Source of the DNA: Narcine bancroftii | Taxonomy: Eukaryota | Reading direction: 5' to 3' | DNA: 64,000 nucleotides | Assembly: GCF_036971445.1 (NCBI RefSeq) | Contig: NC_091470.1 | Coordinates: 160,766,001 to 160,830,000 of the forward strand | Shown: positions 11,259-22,985 of the stretch, piece by piece | Numbering within the stretch: position 1 is the first letter of the stretch | How the letters are laid out: every line of letters begins with the position of its first letter | Notes under the pieces: generated by a model | Seen by the model: the letters and a program-made list of their open reading frames with translations, nothing else | The model's database searches: none | Told to the model about the DNA's origin: nothing | Made by a program: the position numbers and the translations under genes

Positions 11259-12850
11259 CATAGAACCATTAAACACTAATCACAGAAAACAGACCATTCA
11301 TTCCTTCTGTTCTGTGCCGAAAACACCATACAGCTAGTCCCACTGCCCTGTACCCATTCCATAATCCTCCAGACCTCTCCCATCCATGTATCATTACAGT
11401 TTATTTTTAAAGAGTGAGCCCGCTTTTACCATGTCAGATGGCAACTCATTCCACACTCCCTCCACTCTCTGAGTGAAGACGTTCCCCCTAATGTTTCCCC
11501 CTAAACCTTTCTCTTTTCATCCGAAAGCCATGACCTCTTGTATTTATCTCTCCTAATCTAAGTATAAAGAGCCTGCTCGCGTTTACTCTGTCTACACCTC
11601 TCATAATTTTGTAAACTATCAAATCTCCCCTCATACTTCTATGCTCCAAAGAATAAAGTCCTAACCTGCTTAATCTTTTCCTGTAACTCAACTCCTGAAG
11701 ACCCGGCAACATCCTAGCAAATCTTCTCTGCGCTCTTTCAATCTTACTGATATCCTTCCTGTAGTTTGGCGACCAGAACTGCACACAATACTCGAAATTT
11801 GGCCTCGCCAATGTCTTATACAACCTCACCATAACACCCCAACGCCTGTACTCAATACTTTGATTTATTGGAGGCCAATAAGCCAAAAACTTTCTTAACA
11901 ACCCTGTCTACCTGTGACGCCACTTTCAGGGAATTATGTATCTGAATTCCCAGATCCCTTTGTTCCTCTGCATTCCTCAGTGCCCTACCATTTACTCTGT
12001 ATGTCTTACCTTGATTTGTCCTTCCAAAATGCAGCACCTCACATTTCTCTGCATTAAATTCCATCTGCCACTTTCTGGCCCATTTTTCTGCAAACTTTGA
12101 AAGCCTTCCTCAGTGTCCAAAATGCCTCCAATCTTGGTGTCATCAGCAAACTTGCTGATCCAATTTATTACTTTATCATCCAGATCATTGATATAGACAA
12201 CAAACAGCAATATGGTCCCAGCACCAATGCCTGAGATACACCACTAATCTCAGGCTTCCAGTCTGAGAAGCAGTCATCCACTACCAATCTCTGTCTTCAC
12301 CCATTGAATCCATTTTACAACCTTTCCATGACACCGAGTGTCTGAACCTTCTGAACTAGCTTCCTGTGCGGGACCTTATCAAAGGACATTTTGTAGAAAA
12401 AATCCACAGCCTTTCCTTCATCTACTTTCTTGGCAATCTCGAAAAGCTCTAGATTTGTTAAACACAATGCACCATGCACAACCATGCTGACTATCCTTAA
12501 TCAGCCCTTGGCTGTCCAAATACCTGTATATACCTGATCTCTCAGAACATCCTCTATTAATTGATCCACTATTAACATCAGGCTCACCAGCCTGTAATTT
12601 CCTGCTTTACTTTTGGAACCATTTTTAAACAACGGAACAAAAAGAGCTACCCTCCAATCCTCCGGCACCTCATCTGTGGATAAGGACATTTTAAATATTT
12701 ATGCCAAGGCCCCTGCAATTTCTACACTCAAGGGCTGAGGGAATATCATGTCAGGCCCGGGGGATTTATCTACCTTTATTCGCTGTAAGACAGCAAGCCC
12801 CTCCTCCTCTTTAATCTCTACATGTTCCATGCCACTACTGCTTGTTTCCC
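11259..12850 (-). mobile_element. Older degraded CR1-clade LINE. Short CR1 pieces or 3' ends also at about 13158-13232, 26790-27065, 32260-32500, 39675-39875, 51127-51375, 62704-63000
   Basis: Frameshifted RT pieces (KFADDTK, YCVQFWSP, PEDWRVA..GNYR) similar to the 9.7-11.0 kb copy. Confidence 0.85.
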
Positions 12851-14239
12851 TTCCCTTCAGATGACAATAAACTTGACTAAAAGCAGGCTTCAGATGCAGA
12901 CGTGAGGAGGAGGAACGTAAAATTGGCAGATAAGGTGAAACAGTTCATGAAGCATCCATATGATACACCTAATTATCTCAAGTCTCTGATGATTACAAAT
13001 AGCTTGAAAAATAGTCCTGGAGAAACAATTAGAACTTAAAGAAAATAAAATTCCCAAGGACCTGATGACCTACTTTGCCAAGTTTTGAAAGTCGACGTCA
13101 CGGCAGCAGTAGGAAATATAAAGGTCCAGAGCTGGCAGAAGACCATAATAAGGTGTCTGTAATTCCCTGGTTTACTTCTGGAACCTTTTTTTAAACAACG
13201 GAACAATCTGAGCTACCTCCAATCTTCTGGCATGAAGGGGGTCTGGAGTGTAGTTTTATAACATAGTGAGGAACCAACTGCCAGTATCAGTGGAGAGTTT
13301 CATTATATTTCAGTCACACAAGACCGAGGGGATAGACCTTCATTTTCCTTTTGGCAGTAATTCCTCCCTTTTCACATTAACTCTGTGCCTCAATACAAAC
13401 ATTTATGTTGCATTCTATCCTTTTGACCTTTGAAGATGCCCCATTGGTCTCTCAATATCCTGTGTGCTAACCTTTGGTTCCATTACTGTGGTGTGTGCTC
13501 GCTATTTCCCAATTGCTCCCATCCCTTAATTGGTTCTTTTCTCTTTGGTTTTCAAAGGAGAAGTACATTTCCACATAACTCTTATCAATGATGGTGTATT
13601 TTGACATAACTCTATTTCCACACAACTAACATTCCTTCTGAGCAACAGTTGCCTCAGTGGAGCTTCTTGTGTGAATATTTTGCTAATTTTGGTGTTTCAT
13701 CACTGTTCTGTCAGTGGTAGAAATGGGAAAGGAAGGTCCAGATGTTTGTAAATCCTATGAAGCAATTCCTTGTAGAAACAAATTCAATAATTAAGGTCGG
13801 GAGGAAGCCACAGAGTGTTGGGTTGACTGGAAAGGTGGCAGAGAGGTTTTGAACTTGGAGAAGGTGCCAAGGATGAACTGTGATGGAAAATTAACCTTCC
13901 CGCCTCTGTAGTGGTGTGCTGGAACACATAAAAGACCTGACATCTCTACCTGGAAGTGAAGAGTCAGTGAGACAGGGTTGTGAATGGGTTGTGTGTGAAT
14001 ACAGCCTTGCTGAGGGCATTTAAACATCTGTTCACATGATGGAGGTGAAATGAGGGAGCTGGCAGAGCGCATCAAGTTTTGGTTTAATTCTTCTTTCACT
14101 ACTCTTCCTTTTGTTCCTTGTTTTCTCCCTCCTTTCCTCTTTAACATTGGTCATCTGTTCTAGAATCAATTACATTTGGAAGATGACAATTGGTGAATTC
14201 TCTCTGCACCTTGGGAAGCAGGTTTCAGGTCCTGGCGGT

Positions 14240-14881
14240 TGTTATATGTCGATTGTGGAGAAACATATGTCCTCACTGCCGGCATGGAATATTGTGGATT
14301 GTGAGTGGTCATGGTCCTCCCTCTCTGAAACTTATTTGGAAGTCACATCACCTGTCAATCAAGGTTGGACTCCGGCCACCCATTGGTGCCCAAGTTGCCT
14401 TTGGCTCGTTTAAATTACCTAAAGTCGTTATTGGCTAGGCACTCAGATCAGATCTGTATCAATGCATAGCACATTCTTTCTCTCTCCCTCATGGTCCAAG
14501 CCCCGAACATCGTTCCGTGCCAGGTTGCTAGTGCGGACATCGCTGGAAGTGTTGGGGGTGAAAACGAGACCGATCAGTGTTTGCAGAGTGCTGAACTCCC
14601 ATTGGTACAGGGAACCAGGAGTGTGTGTGAAAGTTCCTGTCTGTCGAGTATGTACACTTGTGTGAGCCTGTAGAGTAGAGTCGACCACTGGTATCAGAAT
14701 CCAACCTGGGTCCGATGTGAATTCCTGTATAGTTGTTTAGTAACATAGTAATTGAGTATCGTTTGACATTCTTCCATTTGTCTCCTGTGTGTTCATTAAA
14801 GTTGCCTATGATTGTAACCCTTGTGTCCAGACTCGTCTCTCTGTGAACCCACCAGACCCTGATACTCTTCCAAGCACAACA
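14240..14881 (+). mobile_element. Solo LTR
   Basis: TGTT...AACA termini, 5-bp TSD GCGGT/GAGGT (1 mismatch), ATTGG boxes, and ATTAAA near 14796. Confidence 0.65.
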
Positions 14882-16509
14882 GAGGTTTCATTGAGGGGGA
14901 AAAGGAAAGAGATTACATTTGGTAGTTCTGCATGACAAATGAGGTCCTTTTTTGAGTGATGTCCTACCAAATGAGCAATAATCTGGTCTCCTTAGATTCA
15001 CATTCAATCCTCTGATGTTGCTTCCCAAGCCAACCTCTTACCACGCTTTCTGGTTAAGAGCATGGAAGCAATCTTAATTCCATTTTCGTTTATAACTTGT
15101 CTTTAACAATGATGAAATGATTTAAACATCCACTCCCTCTACCTCCGGTGCACTCTGCTCCCTCGACAAGATTCATGTTAGCAACTCACTCTGCTTGCCC
15201 CCCCCTCCCCCCCACTGCACCTCGCAGACCTGTGACGGTTTCCACACAAAAAGGAACATAGGTTTAGAAATGCCTTCAGCTCCAAGCCACATAATCCCCT
15301 TTACTGCTCCTTCATTGCCAACTGTTGGATCTATGGTGTTTGGGAAAATTGACTCTCTGGGTCGCTCTCAAGAACAATTACAGAAGGGACAATAATTAAT
15401 GTCCTGGGGCTACAAATCTCCCTCTAAATCCCAAGCTAAACTGAACAAAGCTCAAGGTGAAAGGTCAAAACTTATATTTAATGGGGTGGCATTCAGCAGA
15501 CGAGGAATGCACCAGAATATTGCAGGGAACACATTTGCTGATAGCTCAAAAGAGTAAGAGGTTTTACTCTCTTTCTGAGATGTTGTTTGGCTGTGATTCC
15601 ATCTCTCAGTTTGATAACAAGGGCAATCAAAGCTGGTACATGTCAGCACACCCCAACAGGACTGAAGCAGGCCCTTCAGGTCCATCATCCTGAGCATCTA
15701 CATGAATCTCTGTGAATCCTCCCCACGTTCCCGTTGACCACTCCACCCGCGCGCACACACTCCAATTTAGACTGGCCAATTCATCAACCAACCTGTTCAT
15801 CTTTGGGGGGGGGGGGGTTCATTGGGAGGAAGCCTACGTGTTGGCAGGGAGAATGTACAGATCCCAGCAGTGGGTGGATGGAGGGGGGGTGGGGTTAGGC
15901 TCAAACTGGGGACTCCGAACTGAAACAGAGACTCAACCAGTTGACCCACCACAGGTGCGAAGGTTGGATTGAAACCACATAGGCATTCTGGTGCGGGAAA
16001 AAGGAACATCAGACCTCCCCTGCAGGGACAGCAGATCATTCCAACATTATTTCTCACAAAGTAATGAGACGAGAATTTATTGTTTATTACACGCGGCAGC
16101 TCGGCAGCGTGTCGTGGTTAACGCATGCTGTAACAGCACCAGCAATTGGGACCGGGGTTCTGACTGTGACGAGTTTGAACGTTCTCCCCATTTCCTCCGG
16201 CTGCTCCGGTTTCCTCCCACCATTCAATTGTAGGTCACTTGGGTGTATTTGGGTGGCATGGGCTCATGGGCTGGAAAGGCCTGTCACTGTGCAGTATGTC
16301 TAAAGAAGTGCACAGATGCACCAAAGCTCTTGCTGCAGCCAGATACACGAAATACACCAATCACATTAGTACAAATTAAATTATCTCAATAAAAAGAGAG
16401 ATAATAAATACTATATAAAAGTACCATTAATTAAATAAATATTCGCAGTGACAATGTTGTCATCATAAAGAACTTGTGTAATGTATTAAGTGAAGCCTTT
16501 AATACTCAC

Positions 16510-16573
16510 TCCACAGATACGACTACTGAGCCTGTTTGTTTGGCAAAGTACTGGCACAAATGGTCGTAATCAT
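16510..16573 (-). CDS. AADACL4: AADACL3/4-like esterase, exon 3
   Basis: CTTCCTTAG acceptor, 64 nt encoding (N)DYDHLCQYFAKQTGSVVVSV(E), then a GTGAGT donor. Phases 1/2 join exons 2 and 4 in frame. Not in the ORF track. Confidence 0.9.
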
Positions 16574-18082
16574 CTAAGGAAGAAATTAAAAGTTAATTAT
16601 TGGCTCAGATCTGGACATTTAACCCAGCATTATGTACTCTGAAGGCAGACACAGTAAGGCTTAGTTCTCTCAATGCTGTCCTGTCTTGGGGCAAGGTGGT
16701 CTACTCACTTTACACCTTGAGTGTGTGGCTCGGTATGACAACAATACCATCTACAAATTCACTGATGATCCCGTGGTAGAGGATTGTGTAAAAAGGGGTG
16801 ATGAATCAGCCTACAGGAGGGAGATTGAAAACTTGGGCTGAATGGTGCACTCAATGTCACCAAAACCAAGGAGCTGATTGTTGACTTCAGAAAGGAAAAA
16901 CAAGGTCTATGCTCCATTGGGGGAAATTGGCAGAGGAGAGGGTGATCAAATTTAAGTTCTTGGGAGTCACTAACTCAGAGGATCTTTCCTGGACCCAAGC
17001 ACATCAGCACCTTTACTTCCTTGGGAGTTTGCCCAAGCGCTATCCCTCCACCATCAGACTCCTCAATGATAAGCTCAGTCAGGCACTCTTATTTTTGCTC
17101 CTTATTGAATTTGTTCTCTGTATTGCACAGTCAGTTTGTTTACATTTTTAAATTTGTTTACATGTACATTGAATAAAGTTCTTTTTTTTGCACTATCAAT
17201 AAGTTGTAACTCTGCCTCACCCACAGGAAAAAGAAACTCAGGGTTGTACTCAGGTGTGTAATCTGACAGTAAATCTGAAATCTGGTCCGCTAACTTTCCA
17301 CTCATGGTCGGTATTTAGTGGCTTTGCAGAATGTGATTGGATTGGAATGGCAAGAGAAGGTTCAGCCTAATTCAGCTGTAAAGTCAAACTGCTAATGCGT
17401 TGAAATTCCTCAGGGTGTGTTTGTAGAGGGTTGCCTCGGTTAACTTCACTGACAATTAATTACTTGTGCACACATGACAGCAATAGTTCAAGTGTGTTTT
17501 AGCTGCTGGTTGAACAGTAAGACTTTAAAAGAATTACAATTTGAAATAAAGCTATTGGATCTTTACACTCACCGTGCTGGTCTGATGGAGCCTTGGGTTC
17601 ATGCCTTCATGGAAAGATGCCACCTGTGCCACTATGGTGGCAGCCTGGGCTTTATGCTCGAGTTCGGAACCAGAGACAATTACATGGCCGACACCTTTAA
17701 CAAAAGGTCATCTCCAATCCCTTACCAGAGAGGGGAGTCAGCTCTGAGCTAAACTTTGATATTTCATTTCCAGATTCATCTGTGATTAGTGGCTTATGAG
17801 ATGAACTGCTGGTAAACCTGGGGATGAGGAGGGAGAGAATTGGGGCAATATATTTCCGGATCAGAGAGACATGGAGACAACTCTTCAATGAGTTGACCAC
17901 TGTCCGTGAGGAAATGCCCTGTACTGGGAGACTGCAAAATTGGTCATTGTAAATATTACAGATCATAGGTTTACAAACAGAAGCTCATTTAGCCCATCAT
18001 ATCCGTGTCACTGGAGAACAGCTGGTAAGTCTAATCTCACTTCCAGCTCACGTAACTTGTAAAACCATAATTAATACAAGTG

Positions 18083-18649
18083 GAAAATGAAGATTTTTCT
18101 TCCTGAACACTTCTGGGTGTATTTTATAGATTTTGGGCTGCTAATCACAAAAATCACCGTAAAATTCTCCAATCACGTAACTTTTTTAAAGACTCTAGTG
18201 ATTTACTGTCATATTTTAAGTCTACATCAAGTATACAAAACCATGAATGTCTGCATTCGCACTTGGACAACTTCCCTGCTGATCTCGGTGCCGTCAGTGA
18301 CGAACATGGTGAACGGCTTCACCAGGACATTGCGACCACGGAAAAGCGGTATCAGGGCAACTGGAATCCATCAATGCTGGCCAACTACTGTTGGGCACTG
18401 ACACAAGAGGGTTCAGATTCTGAGTTCAAACGAAAATCAGTGGCAAATTATTTTTAGGCCAGTTGAACTAAAGCAATGCCATTATGCAATTAACCATGCT
18501 AAATTCAGTATAAGTTAATTTATTGTTTCTCCAACGTCAAACGTGATACAGCAAATCTGAAATTATCTTTGTGTTCAGCTTGAATTTGGTTATCATAACA
18601 CCCATTTTTTTCAGGAAGCAAACCTTTTGAAAATAATTGATGTTCAGTG
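18083..18649 (+). mobile_element. Non-autonomous Chapaev3-like DNA transposon
   Basis: Encodes LDNFPADLGAVSDEHGERLHQDIATTEKRYQGNWNPSMLANYCWAL and ends TGTTCAGTG. Homologous to 8158-8687. Confidence 0.65.
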
Positions 18650-18674
18650 AAGGAAGAAAAACTTCAACACTTAC

Positions 18675-18900
18675 TTATGCTGCCAAAAACCCATCCACCT
18701 CCATGAAAGAACAGAACCCCTCGAGCTCCGCCCGTGGCTGCTGACTGTGGTCGGTAAACCCTCACGGGGACGCCATCAAACTGCTCGTCCTGGATAGTCA
18801 GACCAGCTCCTTCTTTGCGCATGGACGCGAGCACCTTTCTGCGCAGATATCGGATAACAGTGACCTGAGGTCCGAAGCCCAGGTTCTGTGCGATGTTGCC
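18675..18900 (-). CDS. AADACL4: AADACL3/4-like esterase, exon 2
   Basis: CAG acceptor; GNIAQNLG...FDGVPVRVYRP...LFFHGGGWVFGSI (HGGG oxyanion motif); GTAAGT donor, phase 1. Confidence 0.92.
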
Positions 18901-21069
18901 CTGGCGTTTGCAGAGGAAGGCAAGCGGATTAGTCAATAACATACATGGCACCATTAATGCAATAAAATAGCCTGGGTAATTCACAAGTGTGGGACCAAGC
19001 ACAGGAAGACATTGGGATAGACAAACTACACTTCCAGGGAGGAGGTAGGCTTTAAAGAAAATGTAGATATCGAGAGTCCAGGCTTGCGGAGGGTCAGAAC
19101 CTGAATGAGAAGTAAGGACTTACAGGGGTTGTGCAAGGTAAGTGGAAGAAGAGATTCTGAATTCTCTGTGAGTGGTCGAGCTGGGGAACTACCAGACTTG
19201 ATAGAAAGTTTCAGCTCAAAACGTTGACTGTTCTTTTACTTCCACTGATGCTGCTTGTCCCATTGAGTTCCTGCAGCAGATTGGGTTTAACTTCAGAATG
19301 CAGCATTTGCAGTCTCTGGTACCTTCCTGGGAGTCCACAAATATTGGACAGCTTCTCCTGAAGCCAGCACATTGTGGCAACCATGAAGGAGGGCCACAAT
19401 GCCTCTGCTTTCTAAGAAGTCCATGTTAGTTAGTCTGAGGAGATTTGGCATGTCGCCGATTACTCTATCCGTCACCTGCAGGTGCACTGGTGAAAGTATG
19501 TTGACTGCTTGCCTCGTAGCCTGGTTCAGAGTAAATCGAGCACCCAGAAGGATGCAGAAAGAAAAAAGCCTAGCCAAGTCCATCGCAGGCACCGACATGC
19601 CAGCCATTGAAAGCATCTACATGAAATGTTGCCAATATTATAAAGGATCCGATTACTGTGGTCACAATCTCTTCTTGCTGCTCCCTTCAAGCAGAAGATT
19701 CAGAAAGCCTGAAACTTAGGTACAAGACAGTTTTTTTTTCTCAAACAGAAATTGAGAAATAGTAATATGGCAGCCCCATACCACTCAAACCCTGACTATT
19801 AACCATCAAAAGATGTGTCTGTACCAGTAAAACATCACTTGCAATTCTTGCACCAAATGCAACTGTGAAAAGGGAAATATATATACCCTTTTATATTTAT
19901 TACCTCTTTTTCCTATCTTGGCATATTGTGGGAATTTTGTGAATGAAATACCATGAAGAAGGGCTCAGGCCCGAAACGACAGTAATATATCTTTACCTCA
20001 ATGAACGTCTGCTAGACCTGCTGAATTCCTACAGCATTTCTGTGTTTTTACTGGGTATACAATATTAAATGTAGCTTTAAAGCACGGGAACAGGCCCTTT
20101 CGGCCCTCGAGCCCGTACAGCCCAATTACACCCGAATGACCTCCCAGCCCCAGTACGTTTTGAATGGTGGGAGGAAACTGGAACACCCGGAGGAAACCCA
20201 CGCAGACACAGGGAGAACGTTCAAACTCCTTTGCATCCAGTGCAGGATTCGAACCCCGGTCCCTGTTGCTAGCACCTTTGTGCTAACCAAGACACTAACC
20301 TTGGTGCCCCTGGTACCCACTTGGCTGCAGCAACCAAGAATATCAGCATATAAGTACGGATATGTCCAGCTGCAATGACGATAAACTCTCATTATCATCC
20401 CATACAGAGGAATCAAAGTCTTATTTGCTGTTACGTAGAACACACCATCAACAATAATTAACATGCACATGATGCCATGAAGCGTAAAAGATCATCAATA
20501 TGCCAGTAAGAGAAAAATGAATAAGTAATAAATATTCATGGATGGCCAGTAGTGCAAAAAACCTGTTGTGTCAGTAGTGCGGGCAGTCTTGAAGTAGTGC
20601 CATGGTGAGGATTGTGCAGGGATGGTCAAGAGCCTGATAGCTGTTGGAATAAAAGTGTCCTTGAGGCGCTGGACTGCAGGATTCTGCCTGAATTAGCAGC
20701 AAGAAGCCAGCCAGGTTAACGAGGGTCCATTATCATTACCTGCTGTTTTGAAGCAGCACGTTGTGTGGGGCAGCTTCAACAGACGAGAGGTTGACGCCCA
20801 TGACAAACCGGCCGGTCTGTGCCTGCTACTTTCTCCAGTCTTTCACGTTCCTGGGCATTTGGGTTTCCAAATCAGGCACCATAGCAAACAGTCAGTATAC
20901 TTTCCACAGAACGCATCTACAAGACTCTTTACAATCACAAAAAATGCCCCGACTCCCTGGAATGCAGCAAGAGACAAGGGGATAGGCATGGAGGTTTGGA
21001 AGGCCAATGGGGTCAACTTGATTTTCCTTGAGATTCTGGTTCATGCACGCCTGTTGAACAATGTCACTG

Positions 21070-21300
21070 TGTAGTGCGCGTCGAAAGAACCAAAGACTTG
21101 TTGATCCAAACCAAGGCTTTTATTAACTAAAAGACTGAAGCGTATCACAAGTAGATCGACCAGTCCAGAATGACCTGGTCTGGCTAGGAGCAATCCTTTA
21201 AGACCTGCCAGTAGGTGTGGCTACGCTCTCAGCCAATCACAGTCATCCTACACTACCATCTGTACATATACACATTGGTGATAGAATCTGTACTATCACA
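21070..21300 (-). mobile_element. Short solo LTR (Gypsy-like)
   Basis: The minus strand reads TGTGATAG...ATTGG...TTAAA...AATAAA...CACTACA and retains CpGs. TSD not clean. Confidence 0.55.
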
Positions 21301-22465
21301 TTCTGCATCTGGATTTTAGAAGAATTAAAGATGATCTTTCAGGGTTTTGAGGAGAGTTGGACAACACAGAAAGGTTATGGAGAAGACTTTAGAACCAGGG
21401 GCATGGTCCTGTGATAAAGTGTTTGCTGGTAAGAAATGTTGTCATGCACAGGGCTGTGGATACTCAGTCATGAGTCACAGGACATTGAAAAGCTCCGCAG
21501 ATACAGGGTCACCCACGATGACCAGCGATACAGTGAATTTCTGTTTCAAATGGTACATGGACTGGGGAGCTGAGAAATATTTCATTATAGTTCTGTTGAC
21601 TTGTCTTATCTCAGCTGCACAAAACAATGCCATATCCTTGAATGAACTTGAGACAGTTAAATAACAAAATCTCCTTTTGATTTCAAAAGACGTACAGTCA
21701 CATTCTGGAGAGTCCAGTTGGATTGGGGAGGTTGAGAAACTCCAGTAAATTAATTGGGTAAAATTGAGCCACAAATTCTGTTAGAGAGAACACCCACAGC
21801 TGCTCACTCTCTGAACCACGGAGCTCCGATTTAACCTCTGTTCTTAAACTGTAACAGTTACCTTGAGATAAATGATCTTCTCCATAATATATAGACTGAA
21901 TCTCTCTCCAGATCTACCTGTTATTTTAAAGTTTACAGGGTTTTTGCCTACTAACTTTCCTAGGGAAAGTTACATCCAATAGCCAATAACATAATTTAGA
22001 AAAAAAAACATGCTAATTGATCATCCAGTTCCAATTAGATTTTTAAGATTGTAATTCTCTGGACATGGAAATGAAACCGTTTACTTTTGATTCTGTTTTG
22101 CTTTCTCTGTGCCTGAATTGATTACGTTTGCTGTTCCCTTCACAGTTGTAACTCAATCCTGGGGTGAAGGGGAGAGCAGTCTCTGTATCTTTTGGTTGGG
22201 GTGGGTGCATATTCAGTGGCCCCCACTGTTCAGCAAGGAAAGAGACAGTGGCGGTGTCAGCTTGTGCCTTGGGGTGGCGTGGGAAGGGTACAGGGAAGCT
22301 TTACTGCAGTTAGAAGAGACCGGCTGGATGCTCCCAGTGACTGGGGAATTCATGTTCCCCCTCTCTTATTTTAAGAGTTCTCTGTGGTTGAAGCGTACAC
22401 TCTTGCACTGGAGAAAGGAACGATTTAACTGCGCTGTGTTATAGCTGAAGGTCAGTGCTCCTTAC

Positions 22466-22642
22466 CAGAGTAGCAATGGCAACCTGGATCCCAAAGATGA
22501 GTCTGAGTTTGCCTGGTTCCTGGATGCCTGGAGGCAGAACTGAATCGATGAAGACAGTGTAAATGACCGCAGAGAGCAGCAAGACAAACAAGCCCACCAC
22601 AAGAGCCATGCCCATCGTCAAGGTCCAAAGCACCATATCCAT
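22466..22642 (-). CDS. AADACL4: AADACL3/4-like esterase, exon 1 (signal-anchor helix)
   Basis: MDMVLWTLTMGMALVVGLFVLLLSAVIY..LPPGIQEPGKLR, then a GTAAG donor, phase 0. Which ATG is used is uncertain. Confidence 0.88.
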
Positions 22643-22787
22643 GATCAGCAAGTTTGAACAGGCTTGGGAGCTCCCAGAGCTGTCACTTGTCCAGCATGCA
22701 CTCTCTCTGCTGCTCGGTGTCCTTAGGACTGTCAGGCAATAGTTCAAAGTGACCTCAGTGTACTATCAAGAAGAGGAAGTGGTGTGC

Positions 22788-22789
<2 letters not shown>

Positions 22790-22822
<33 letters not shown>

Positions 22823-22939
22823 GAAGAGGTGGGGGAGAAACAGATGTTCAATGTCAGAGGAAACAGGCATGTAGATTGACAGTTCATGCACATGGACTGG
22901 GTGTGTATGGCTTGTCGAATGTCTGGAACAGGAGTACTT

Positions 22940-22983
<44 letters not shown>
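22790..22983. repeat. Two (GA)n microsatellites upstream of AADACL exon 1
   Basis: (GA)n at 22791-22820 and (GT)n(GA)n at 22941-22983. Confidence 0.9.
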
Positions 22984-22985
<2 letters not shown>

